A DNA stretch of 64,000 bases from Spirochaetota bacterium (GTDB lineage Bacteria; Spirochaetota; UBA4802; UBA5550), in assembly GCA_963664815.2 (NCBI GenBank), contig CAXXHB010000003.1, positions 64,001 to 128,000 on the forward strand. Reading direction: 5' to 3'. Below, one piece after another: positions 51,594 through 61,877 of this stretch. The notes below the pieces were generated by a model. The model worked only from the letters and a program-made list of their open reading frames with translations, searched no databases and had not been told where the DNA came from. The translations under genes and the position numbers were made by a program. Positions within the stretch are counted from its first letter, which is position 1, and every line of letters starts with the position of its first letter.

Positions 51594-53636
51594 TTACTCC
51601 CTTGCAAAGGGGAGTGATATCATTAAATTTACTTTAACCTGGGGATCTTTTTTTATGTCAGAATAATCGATGATATTTTCCGCAAAAATTTCCCCTCCAT
51701 GGCGAGTTACAATTTTTTCAACGAAAGTGAGTCCGATTCCGAAGTCCAGAGTATTATAACGCTCATAAACAAGCTTTGAAAGCCGGTAAAATGGCTCAAA
51801 AATCAATTTTTCGAATTCTTCAGGAATTCCAATAATACCATCGGTTGTTTTTTGCGGCTCATTGATTACTGAAATTCTCAATGTATTGTTCTGTGAGTAA
51901 ACCATTACAATAACATTAGAAGCCGCTCTTGAAAATTTAAGCGCATTTATAATCAATTCAGAGATAGCTTCTGTCATGTATTGTATATTGATTTTTATTT
52001 TCTGATTTTTCAGACCTTTTGGCAGATCATTTATTACTATTCTGTGCTTATTCAGCTGGGCAAATTTGCCGTATTTTTTTATTGTTCCCTTTATCAGGGT
52101 ATAGAGTTCACGGATACTTTTATCTTCGAGATCTATATTGTTGGAAATAATCCAGTCAATTCCTGCAAAGATTTTAAAAGCATCCTGCGCGATTTTTACG
52201 TTTTTCATCGCTTCATTAAAAAGGGTTGCATCAACAATCCGGTTGCCATCTTTCTCTTTGGAAGACTTTGACATCATTTCCATAAATGTTATAAGCGTAC
52301 CAAACCCTGCTCCCTGAGTGAAACTGTTATTTATGTTGCTGAAAATGGATCTGTCTGTACGTGAAACGTTTCGGCTCAACATCTTCTCTTTCCAGGTCTG
52401 CCATGCCATATCTTTGTCTATTGAATCTGAAGCGGAATTTTTCATGACATGCTTCATCTGTTCCAGAGCAATTTCATCTCTTTTCACTTCAGTAATATCT
52501 TCAGCCGTTACAACAAAAAAACTTGTTTTTCCGCTTTCATTTTTTATTCTGGAGACAGATGATTTGAGGTAATAGATCTCACCGCTCTTTTTTATGTTAT
52601 ATGATTCCCCTTTCCAGAAATTTACGTCCTTTATCTGATTAAGAGCGCTTTCTTCAGGTAAAATAGGATTTGGAATATTCCCTACATTAATGCCGATGAG
52701 TTCATCTTTTGAATAACCGGATAGTTCGGAGAAAGCGCTGTTGGCATATTTAACAATTCCATTTCTTTCAATGATGACTATACAGTTTGTGCTCTGCTCA
52801 ACGACGTCTTTGAAAAGCTTTATCTCTACTTCAGCCAAATTCCTTTTGTCGATCTCGTCATAAAGGTTTTTATTCAGTTCCTGAAGTTTGTTGGTTCTCT
52901 CCCGGATGGCGTCTTCCATTTCATTCATCTGTGAGGATATACGGACTTCGCCGATCTTTTTTTCTGTAACGTCTCTTGTTATTACAAGAAGAAGATCAAT
53001 GTCTACTTTAACAATCCTTGACTCGTAATATCTGGTTACGTTTTTTTCATTTATCGCATATTCAAAAATTTCAACTGAATCTGAACTATATGCTTTATCA
53101 ATAGATTGTCTGGCTTTCTCCTCTGTTCCTGCAGGCCATATTTCTTTAAGCAGCAGTTCATCTTCAGCGGAGCACGGAGTTCCATCAGCCCTGATTTCAA
53201 ACATCTTATCCGGAATTGATTCAAGGATTTTATTCTTTTTAAGTTCACTCTGCCTGAGTCTGCTTTCCATGTCGAATTTAAAAAGAGCTATTTCGATAGC
53301 TGAATTGAGCATCTGGGAGTTGAAAGGTTTCACAATATAGTTCAGCGGGAGTGATTTTTTTGCTCTTTCAAAAGTAGTATCATCTGTTCCAGCGGTTATG
53401 TATATAAATGGTATACTATTAGTCTGATAAATCTGTTCAGCGGCTTCAATTCCGTCAATTTTACCGGCAAGAGAAATATCCATTAAAATCAGATCGGGTT
53501 TATTTTTTATTATTGCACTTATTGCTTCTTCGCCGGATTCTACTATATCAGTTACATTATACCCGGATTTATCCAGAAGTTTTTTTAGTATAAGACCTGA
53601 TGGTTTGTCGTCTTCAACGACTAAAATATTTGTCAT
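51594..53636 (-). CDS. REC-PAS-PAS-HATPase hybrid sensor with atypical dimerisation domain
   Basis: REC (VVEDD, LMDISL, IVKPF), PAS domains, ELIINALKFS, IFEPFYRL, GIGLT...HGG; no canonical H-box. Confidence 0.85.
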   Translation of the reverse strand: MTNILVVEDDKPSGLILKKLLDKSGYNVTDIVESGEEAISAIIKNKPDLILMDISLAGKIDGIEAAEQIYQTNSIPFIYITAGTDDTTFERAKKSLPLNYIVKPFNSQMLNSAIEIALFKFDMESRLRQSELKKNKILESIPDKMFEIRADGTPCSAEDELLLKEIWPAGTEEKARQSIDKAYSSDSVEIFEYAINEKNVTRYYESRIVKVDIDLLLVITRDVTEKKIGEVRISSQMNEMEDAIRERTNKLQELNKNLYDEIDKRNLAEVEIKLFKDVVEQSTNCIVIIERNGIVKYANSAFSELSGYSKDELIGINVGNIPNPILPEESALNQIKDVNFWKGESYNIKKSGEIYYLKSSVSRIKNESGKTSFFVVTAEDITEVKRDEIALEQMKHVMKNSASDSIDKDMAWQTWKEKMLSRNVSRTDRSIFSNINNSFTQGAGFGTLITFMEMMSKSSKEKDGNRIVDATLFNEAMKNVKIAQDAFKIFAGIDWIISNNIDLEDKSIRELYTLIKGTIKKYGKFAQLNKHRIVINDLPKGLKNQKIKINIQYMTEAISELIINALKFSRAASNVIVMVYSQNNTLRISVINEPQKTTDGIIGIPEEFEKLIFEPFYRLSKLVYERYNTLDFGIGLTFVEKIVTRHGGEIFAENIIDYSDIKKDPQVKVNLMISLPFARE

Positions 53637-54024
53637 TTTCTGGCTCCCGGAAATTTATATATACAATCAACTGAAAAAGTCATTAAAGGTCTTTTGCCCC
53701 CTTTTCAGGGACAATTTACAAAGCTATTTGCAGAACATCTCAGTTCCGAAGTTCTGGTTAAGTATAATACTTAGAAACCGATGCTATTCCTCCATATAGT
53801 GTTGCCGTTTCCTGTTTTTAATGAAACTGCAAATATATAGAATTTTACTTGATGTAATTAGCTTTATTCTTTAGAATAAAGTTAGTCAATTAAATTTTAA
53901 TATGTTAAATAATTAGATTATTGCCAATATTTTTTTAGAAATATTTTTTATTTTCTTTTATTATGTTTAATTTTTAATCTGGCAGATTCTGCGGCTGTAA
54001 AATTAATTTATTTATGGAGTTTTA

Positions 54025-55371
54025 ATGGATGAAGTAATAATCAACTCTAAAATCACGGAAGATCTTAAAAAGATCATACCATTCATTGATTTTCCGAGTT
54101 TTACAAGAATTATTAATAAACTTACCGATTTTGCGGAAATTCTTACAGAGGGGAAGCTGGCCAGCCTTATTAATTTCAACTACAGGCTGAATGCATCCCA
54201 GTCAAATATGATCATAGATCTTCTTGTCAATATACAGGCTCTTTCAAAAATTTACACAATAGCTCAGAAAGGGAAAAGAGATCTTGATGTGGAATATATA
54301 TCAAATATTCTTTCTGATATTAATAATCCGGGATCGATTTCATCCTATCTGTCGCTCAGAAATTTAATTGAGAACAGGCTGAGTCACCAGATTCAGCAAT
54401 ATAACATGAACATGAGTAAAAGTAATACCACCATGTCTATACCTGTAAATGAACTTCACGGTCATGTGAAAACTTTTAAAGACCTGATAACCAGTGATAT
54501 TACGATTTCTCACAAGGCCCGGCATGGATATATAACAGCATCCCTGCATGATGCTTATCTTACAATACTCAACAGATTTGACTGGTGGGATGATAAAACA
54601 TATCAGAAATTCTTTTTTAATGATGACAACTCACCCAAAAAAAATCTTAATCTGATTACAAAAGAGACCAGACTCACGCTTTTTGAAATTGATAATAACG
54701 TAAAAAAGGTTCTGGATTATTTTCAGAACATATCTGTTTTTAAAACGAAGTCTAAAACTTCTGATCAGGATTTAGTTCCCGGTGAAAATCTTTCAGATGG
54801 AAGGTCTTCAAATAACAATGGTCATACTGCAAATTATTCAGATAAACTTTTATCTACACCATTTGGCATTCAGTATGGGCAAAAGATAGATGAAATTATT
54901 TATGATATTTTTAATAGTGAAAAAATAAATAATGCCGCTGCAATGAGAAGTGATGAGGTAAGAAAGATCGTAGCAGCTCTTTATCAGGTTTATAAAGCTT
55001 TTCCCGGATCACTTGCAATGCCGCAGAATCTGAAAATGGTAATGACTCTGGTATACTACCTTCTTGCACAGGATTTTGGTATCAAAAGATTCACCGAAGA
55101 GTTTGTTTATACAGACAGGAAAATCCCCTTTGTAAGATTTTTTCCTGATGTAAAAGATGATATAGAGGAGTTTCTTATAAGGCTCTTTATCGTTTTTTTT
55201 GAAGAGTTATTCAGTAATATTTTTCGAATTATAAGAAGCCTTGACATGAAACAGTATGCATGCGCTTTTATAATAAAAAGAATATATCTTGCAAAAGGTG
55301 AGGATATGCCTGTTTTTGGTTATTTTCTTGTAAAAGCGATAGCAAGACATGGTAAGATAAAAGTAAGCTGA
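54025..55371 (+). CDS. Hypothetical cytoplasmic protein
   Basis: 448-aa ORF with GGAG RBS; no recognised motif. Confidence 0.75.
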   Translation: MDEVIINSKITEDLKKIIPFIDFPSFTRIINKLTDFAEILTEGKLASLINFNYRLNASQSNMIIDLLVNIQALSKIYTIAQKGKRDLDVEYISNILSDINNPGSISSYLSLRNLIENRLSHQIQQYNMNMSKSNTTMSIPVNELHGHVKTFKDLITSDITISHKARHGYITASLHDAYLTILNRFDWWDDKTYQKFFFNDDNSPKKNLNLITKETRLTLFEIDNNVKKVLDYFQNISVFKTKSKTSDQDLVPGENLSDGRSSNNNGHTANYSDKLLSTPFGIQYGQKIDEIIYDIFNSEKINNAAAMRSDEVRKIVAALYQVYKAFPGSLAMPQNLKMVMTLVYYLLAQDFGIKRFTEEFVYTDRKIPFVRFFPDVKDDIEEFLIRLFIVFFEELFSNIFRIIRSLDMKQYACAFIIKRIYLAKGEDMPVFGYFLVKAIARHGKIKVS

Positions 55372-55516
55372 CTGTGAATAATAAATCAGGTTATATCTCT
55401 CCGTTACGCGGAGCGGACAGGGTTTTATTTTTTATCCACTCAACGTGCGGGGCATAAAAAAGAAAATGTTGTTTTGAATTATATTGCTGTTATATTTGTT
55501 TTATGGAGGTCTTGAA

Positions 55517-55834
55517 ATGCCTGCGGGTTCAGATAACAATTTTGATGGAGGCGTTAGCCTTGAATCTGAACAGAATCTGAAAAAACCCGATATGTATAGA
55601 GTTCTGCTTCACAATGATCATTATACAACTATGGATTTTGTGGTGGAAGTGCTCACTACAGTTTTTCATATGCCATCCGCGAAAGCTACTTCGGTAATGC
55701 TGGATGTGCATAAAAAAGGTATCGGGGTTTGCGGAGTTTACACTTATGATATTGCTGTAACTAAAGTTGAAAGAGTTCATCTGATGGCAAAGGAAAAACA
55801 GTTCCCTTTGAGATGTTCATATGAAAAGGTTTAA
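55517..55834 (+). CDS. clpS: ATP-dependent Clp protease adaptor ClpS
   Basis: GGAGG RBS before ATG 55517; PDMYRVLLHNDHYTTMDFVV, MLDVHKKG.G.CGVYTYDIA.TK, FPLRC. Confidence 0.96.
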   Translation: MPAGSDNNFDGGVSLESEQNLKKPDMYRVLLHNDHYTTMDFVVEVLTTVFHMPSAKATSVMLDVHKKGIGVCGVYTYDIAVTKVERVHLMAKEKQFPLRCSYEKV

Positions 55835-56014
55835 TTTTAACAGAAAATAAAATTTATATATTAATCTGTCTGAATTCTGAAAACAGGTAATACTATCACT
55901 CCGGATGACGGTGTGGGTATAAATAAGGCGGTTATAATTATAAATATCTTTTAATGTAACTGGTGTTAAAAATAAACAATCGAATGATACAATGTTAATT
56001 TAGAAGGATAGAAT

Positions 56015-58258
56015 ATGGAACTTAATCCTGTATTGAATGATATCCTCATGTCGGCATTTAATGAGGCTAAATTTAAAAAGCACGAGTATCTTACGCCCGA
56101 ACATCTGCTCTACGCAATATTGCAGTATGAAGAGGGGAGAGAAGTAATTGAAGCTGCCGGGGGAGATGTACGCTCTATAAAACATAACATAGAAGAATTT
56201 TTTAATGAGAAAATGGAGATTGTTGAGGTAGATGAGCCGAGACAGTCTTCAGGTTTTCAGAATGTAATGGAACGTGCTATATGGCATACAGCTTCTGCCC
56301 AAAAAGAAATTCTTGATATAGGGGATGTTCTTGTCTCTATTCTCGACGAGGAGGAATCTTTTGCGGCGTATTTTATGGGGATTGAAGGCATTACCAGGTA
56401 CGAGTTGCTGAAGTATATATCGCATGGTGTATCTGTTTATCCGCATGAGCCATATGAGGATTTAGGGGAAATGGAGGAGGAGGAAGAGAAAAAAGATAAG
56501 AAGTCGGGAGAAAAATTCATTGAGATGTTTACGACTGAGCTGACCGGGAAAGCCATGAATGGTGAGATCGATCCATTAATCGGCCGTGAGGATATAATTG
56601 AACGTACTATACAGGTACTCTGCCGCCGGACAAAAAATAATCCGGTTCATGTTGGTGATCCAGGTGTTGGTAAAACGGCTATTACAGAAGGCCTTGCAAT
56701 GAGAATAGCTGAAGGTGCAGTTCCGGAAAAGCTTAAAGGGCTTAAAATTTACTCTCTCGATATAGGGAGTCTTCTTGCCGGGACAAAGTTCAGGGGTGAT
56801 TTTGAAGAGCGTATGAAAAAAGTAATCAATGAACTTAAAAAGATGAAGGATGTAATTTTATTTATTGATGAGATACATAATGTAGTGGGCGCTGGCGCTG
56901 TTTCCGGAGGGTCAATGGATGCCTCTAACATGCTGAAACCGGTTCTCACCTCCGGGGAGATCAAATGTATCGGTTCAACAACATATGAAGAATATAAAAA
57001 GTATTTTGAAAAAGACAGGGCTCTTTCAAGGAGATTCCAGAAGATAGAAATTCCGGAGCCGGGAATTGAAGATACGATAAATATTCTTCATGGCATAAAG
57101 GACAAATATGAGGAGTATCACAAAGTAAAATATACTGATGAGTCCATAAGAGCCGCAGCTGAGCTTTCAAGCAAATACATAAATGACCGGCACCTGCCTG
57201 ATAAGGCGATTGATGTGATCGACGAGGCCGGCTCATTTGCAAGGATTTATAATTTCGCGAAAAGTGATATAATAGAAATCGGGACAGTGGATGTTGAGAA
57301 GATTGTGGCAAAGATCGCCAAACTCCCGGAGAAGAGCGTTTCCTCATCTGAAAAAACCAGGCTGAAGGACCTTTCTCTCGACCTGAAAAAAGAGATTTTC
57401 GGTCAGGAGGGTGCGATAGAGACTGTTGTTAATGCCATAAAACGGAGCAGGGCAGGATTCGGGAATCCTTCAAAGCCGATTGCTTCACTTCTTTTTGTCG
57501 GGCCGACGGGTGTTGGTAAAACCGAACTTGCGCGGCAGCTTGCCCTTTCACTCGGAATAGAAATTCACAGATTTGATATGAGCGAATATCAGGAGAAGCA
57601 CACTGTGGCAAGACTGATCGGCGCTCCTCCGGGGTATGTGGGATATGATGAGGGGGGGCTTCTTACCGAGGCAATAAGAAAGACTCCGTATGCTGTTCTT
57701 CTCCTCGATGAAATAGAGAAGGCTCATTCAGATATCTTCAATACCCTGTTACAGGTGATGGATTATGCAACGCTTACCGATAATACCGGGAAAAAAGCGG
57801 ATTTCCGTAATGTTATTATTATAATGACATCAAATGCCGGCGCGAGAGAAATAGGGAAAAAGCAGGTAGGCTTTGATGAACGTCATGTCAAAGAGGACGC
57901 AATTGACAGGGCCGTTGACCGTTTATTTTCACCGGAATTCCGGAACAGACTTGATGCTACAGTGACATTCAATGATCTTCCGGAAGATATAATTCTTGAT
58001 ATTGTGGGTAAAGAGATAAATGTTTTCAGCGAGCAGCTGAAGGGTAAGAATGTGACTCTGGAGGTTACTCCTGAATGCAGGAGGTGGCTTGCTAAAAAAG
58101 GTTATTCGCGTGAATTCGGAGCGCGTCAGATAGGACGGCTTGTCCAGGATAAGCTTAAAAGTTTTTTTGTGGATGAGGTTCTGTTCGGTAAACTCTCCGG
58201 TGGCGGTCATGCAGTGGCTGACATAGAGGGTGATGAAATCGGGATAAAAGTGAAATAA
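56015..58258 (+). CDS. clpA: ATP-dependent Clp protease ATP-binding subunit ClpA
   Basis: Two AAA+ modules without a middle domain, ClpP-binding VGF loop, follows clpS; 747 aa. Confidence 0.96.
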   Translation: MELNPVLNDILMSAFNEAKFKKHEYLTPEHLLYAILQYEEGREVIEAAGGDVRSIKHNIEEFFNEKMEIVEVDEPRQSSGFQNVMERAIWHTASAQKEILDIGDVLVSILDEEESFAAYFMGIEGITRYELLKYISHGVSVYPHEPYEDLGEMEEEEEKKDKKSGEKFIEMFTTELTGKAMNGEIDPLIGREDIIERTIQVLCRRTKNNPVHVGDPGVGKTAITEGLAMRIAEGAVPEKLKGLKIYSLDIGSLLAGTKFRGDFEERMKKVINELKKMKDVILFIDEIHNVVGAGAVSGGSMDASNMLKPVLTSGEIKCIGSTTYEEYKKYFEKDRALSRRFQKIEIPEPGIEDTINILHGIKDKYEEYHKVKYTDESIRAAAELSSKYINDRHLPDKAIDVIDEAGSFARIYNFAKSDIIEIGTVDVEKIVAKIAKLPEKSVSSSEKTRLKDLSLDLKKEIFGQEGAIETVVNAIKRSRAGFGNPSKPIASLLFVGPTGVGKTELARQLALSLGIEIHRFDMSEYQEKHTVARLIGAPPGYVGYDEGGLLTEAIRKTPYAVLLLDEIEKAHSDIFNTLLQVMDYATLTDNTGKKADFRNVIIIMTSNAGAREIGKKQVGFDERHVKEDAIDRAVDRLFSPEFRNRLDATVTFNDLPEDIILDIVGKEINVFSEQLKGKNVTLEVTPECRRWLAKKGYSREFGARQIGRLVQDKLKSFFVDEVLFGKLSGGGHAVADIEGDEIGIKVK

Positions 58259-58267
58259 AAGCGTTCT

Positions 58268-58972
58268 ATGCCTGTTTACTATCTTGGTTCTGACCCTTTT
58301 TTCCCCCCTGCGACTGATTCCGATCGGGACGGGATTCTTGCAGTTGGCGGTGATCTCTCCCCGGAAAGATTATACGAGGCATATACTCACGGCATTTTCC
58401 CCTGGTATTCATCAGAATCTCCGATAATCTGGTGGTCGCCTGATCCCAGGTTTGTCATCTATCCATCTGAAGTGAAAGTATCAAAAAGTATGAGACAGAT
58501 TCTCAGGAGAAAAATTTTCGATATAAAATTCGACACATCTTTCCGTGAAGTTATAACAGAATGCAGCGGCAGAAGAAGGCATGAAAAGGGAACATGGATA
58601 ACACCTGAAATGATCGAAGCATATGTAATTCTTCACAAATTGGGTCTTGCGCATTCAATTGAATCCTGGCATGATGATAAACTCGCCGGCGGATTATACG
58701 GCGTATCTATTGGCGGGATATTTTTTGGTGAGTCCATGTTTTCAAGGGAGAGCAATGCATCCAAGGCGGCATTTATTGTTCTTGCGGATAACCTTCTGAG
58801 GCTCGGTTTTGATCTTATAGACAGTCAGGTCCACACCAGTCACATGGAAAGCCTTGGCGCTGTTGAAATGGACAGAGATCTCTTCCTGAATATAGTAACA
58901 GAATCTGTCAGGAAAGAGACCATAAAAGGTAACTGGGGCACTAATCCGCTCTTTAAAACGGATTTATATTAA
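58268..58972 (+). CDS. aat: Leucyl/phenylalanyl-tRNA--protein transferase
   Basis: GILAVGGDLS, GIFPWY, WWSPDPR, TWIT, GGLYGV, GESMFS, NASK, IDSQ. Confidence 0.97.
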   Translation: MPVYYLGSDPFFPPATDSDRDGILAVGGDLSPERLYEAYTHGIFPWYSSESPIIWWSPDPRFVIYPSEVKVSKSMRQILRRKIFDIKFDTSFREVITECSGRRRHEKGTWITPEMIEAYVILHKLGLAHSIESWHDDKLAGGLYGVSIGGIFFGESMFSRESNASKAAFIVLADNLLRLGFDLIDSQVHTSHMESLGAVEMDRDLFLNIVTESVRKETIKGNWGTNPLFKTDLY

Positions 58973-58982
58973 TTTATTTTAT

Positions 58983-61553
58983 TTATATTGACGATTCTTT
59001 AATCTCAAGATTTCTGAATATATCCGACAGGGTTCTGTTAAGCTGTCGGTACATATCTCCTGTGGTTTTTCCCGATAGTATTATTACATATCCGTTTTTC
59101 GGTATCATGTATGATTCCATGATCCCGTCATAGGTATTTTTAGATGTGCTTTTAATATAGTCGCAGTTATTTTTTTTACCCCAGTTTTTTTCAATCATGG
59201 AAAAGCCGGACTTTTTAGGCCATAAACCCGCAAGATACTGAAGATTATTCACTTCCTCCCGAACTGATGTTACCTCAATTAATCCCTTCATATCGGGGCT
59301 TTCAAAGCTTATTCTATTAATATTATCACCTTTCTTATCCGGAATTTTTTTCCATCCGGCAGGTGGAGTAAATGCAACATTAATTCCTGTTTTATCTATA
59401 GTCAGTATCTCCGTTGCGGCACTACTGCCCGCATTGTTCCAGGCGTTTTTGTTATTAAGTTTTTTAAGTTCTGCCGCAACATTCAAATCTATCTGCCTGA
59501 AATTTTTACCATTCATTTTCCATGATGAAACAATAATCTCGGGACTATTAGAGAACTCCTTTTTTATTAATGAGATCTCTTCACCTGTAGGAGTATATTT
59601 CACAGGTATACATTTTCTTTTATAATACTGCATCAGTGTTATAGACCCGCTGAGGGCATCAAGTCCTTCTCTGGCAAGAAGTTCTCTTGTCGCAGTTTCT
59701 TTTTCAATTGTTTCAGCTTTAAAATCCGGGATCGAGGAGAAAAATGGTGCAGAAGCATCATTACCTGAGAATTGGATTTTATTCCCTTTTTTAAGTTCAT
59801 TGCTGATTCTGCCGTATTCATCTCTGTATTTCTGCAGAGCTGTCATGGTATAGTTCATGTTTGCAAGCTTTTCGGCGCATTTCTTTGCGAAGCTGAAAAG
59901 CCTGTCGGTTTCATCCTGTGCTATCTGAGTCTCGGAATTAATTGAGGATTCTTTTTTTGTTGCCACGGCCCTGGAGAATCCCGCGATGCACTCATCATAA
60001 TTTTTTCTTGTCTGGTTTATCAATAATGTACCTTTTGTACGCAAACCGGCATTTATAGAGGAAAACTCTTTAAGATTCTCCTTGCTTAAGGTTTCTCTTA
60101 CAGAGGTTGGTATGTTTTCCGGTTTCAACAGACTTTTAGCAAAGGTGAGTACACCAGGCAATGTGCCTTTGCAGGTGGAATGAAATTTCCCGGATCCCGT
60201 TTCAGAAAGCGTTAGAATGTTTGACGTAAGTTTTTCAGAAAATGAGATATATAAAATATATCTTTCAGTTCTGTATCTGTGGAAATCGATGTATTTTTGA
60301 GGTGAGCTCTTAACGGCAGAGTAAATAGCTCCGGTAAATTCAGATGAAAGATTTGCATAACGGTAGAGTTCCTCTCTCACTGCATTAAAATGAGTTTTTG
60401 ATGTTTTAAAAACCTCTTCGTTGTAAATAATAATATCACCCCTGGTTTTTTTAAGCCGATCGATACGCGTCTCTTCATTTTTAAACTGCAGCTCAATATG
60501 GTTTAAACTTCTGGTGGCAATTCCTGTATTGTTGTTTTTAATTTTTGAGATAGATTCCTCATCTTCATTACCATTAATATTCTGTATAAGGCTTTTCCGG
60601 TATCGGTCTATTTCATCAATGGCCGCGCATAGTTTCTTCAAATCCGGAATATCGTAGTATGGATTGTTTCCCATAGCTCCGTTAGTTGCAGTCGTATTTT
60701 GAAGCATATCTGTTATTTTTTCCCTGGCATTATCGAAGACCTCTTTTTCAGCGCTGTTTATGTCGTGAGCTTTAGTTTTATCAAAACCGGGATTATTGAT
60801 GGAGCTGATAAAATTAATAGCTGCCCTGTTTCTATCTTCAATATTCGAATATTGTTCTGTTATATATTTCCATTGAGGTACAGGGCTGAGGTATTTTTCA
60901 TTGAATGAACTATTATCGGAGAATATTTTTGATGCAAGTGATTCTTCTGAGCATTTCCGTATAATCCTTTTTATATCAGTTTCGTTGGAATTATAGTCAG
61001 TTCTGCTCAATTCATATTCTGTTTTACTCAATATATCGGATGTAGCGATTTTAATTGCTTCTTCAAATTCAGCCATACCTTTTTCAAGCAGATACAGTCT
61101 TGACAACGCATTGAGTTCAGCGGAAGATATTTTAATTCCCGCTCCGTATTTTTTTACAGCATGTTGTGTAATTTCACCTGTAATCTGTTCTTTAAGCCTT
61201 GTGTCATCAACGGCTCTGTAAATATCTGAAAGATAATAAACAGTTATTGCCGGGAGGGATATATCCTTTACTTTTTTTTCTATTTCGGTCAGGGAATATT
61301 TTTTATTTTCTGATTTAAGAGATCCATCCTCCTCCCTGTAGCGGTTCAGAAGACTGAGGAATTCTTCACCGGACTTTATTTCATTTGCAGTCAGTTCATT
61401 GACAACATCTTTATCTGTTTTACCGGATGAGGTTTCACTCCGGATTTTTTTCAGTCTGTCAATTCTCATGTTCCATCTCTCCACTCTCGAATCGACACTA
61501 AATGCTGAAACAGAGAAAAGTATTATAAGAAATAAAGCAGCTGATCTGTACAT
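58983..61553 (-). CDS. Large secreted hypothetical protein (helical body, C-terminal PsbP-like alpha/beta domain possible)
   Basis: Signal peptide; 856 aa; C-terminal FTPPAGWKK motif. Confidence 0.75.
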   Translation of the reverse strand: MYRSAALFLIILFSVSAFSVDSRVERWNMRIDRLKKIRSETSSGKTDKDVVNELTANEIKSGEEFLSLLNRYREEDGSLKSENKKYSLTEIEKKVKDISLPAITVYYLSDIYRAVDDTRLKEQITGEITQHAVKKYGAGIKISSAELNALSRLYLLEKGMAEFEEAIKIATSDILSKTEYELSRTDYNSNETDIKRIIRKCSEESLASKIFSDNSSFNEKYLSPVPQWKYITEQYSNIEDRNRAAINFISSINNPGFDKTKAHDINSAEKEVFDNAREKITDMLQNTTATNGAMGNNPYYDIPDLKKLCAAIDEIDRYRKSLIQNINGNEDEESISKIKNNNTGIATRSLNHIELQFKNEETRIDRLKKTRGDIIIYNEEVFKTSKTHFNAVREELYRYANLSSEFTGAIYSAVKSSPQKYIDFHRYRTERYILYISFSEKLTSNILTLSETGSGKFHSTCKGTLPGVLTFAKSLLKPENIPTSVRETLSKENLKEFSSINAGLRTKGTLLINQTRKNYDECIAGFSRAVATKKESSINSETQIAQDETDRLFSFAKKCAEKLANMNYTMTALQKYRDEYGRISNELKKGNKIQFSGNDASAPFFSSIPDFKAETIEKETATRELLAREGLDALSGSITLMQYYKRKCIPVKYTPTGEEISLIKKEFSNSPEIIVSSWKMNGKNFRQIDLNVAAELKKLNNKNAWNNAGSSAATEILTIDKTGINVAFTPPAGWKKIPDKKGDNINRISFESPDMKGLIEVTSVREEVNNLQYLAGLWPKKSGFSMIEKNWGKKNNCDYIKSTSKNTYDGIMESYMIPKNGYVIILSGKTTGDMYRQLNRTLSDIFRNLEIKESSI

Positions 61554-61877
61554 GGCTATCCCCGTAAATATAGTTTTTTACATATTTATTATCGGAAAAA
61601 ATTATAATAACTATATGACATAATTACAGAGAGAGGAATGTTTTTTAAACGATTGAATGAATTCCGGAAAAATTTACAAATATATTTATAGATATGAGAG
61701 AAAACATCGCAGTACGCCGGTGCAGTATTACAAGGTCTGTTTGATATTTTTGATATTTAAGGAAGAGATACAGTTTAAATAAGTAATTATTAAAGATATA
61801 TGCTGCTGAAGCTTTTTTGTTGACTTATTAAACTTTACAGGTATAAATAATAAGAATATATAAAATGGTTTGATTAT

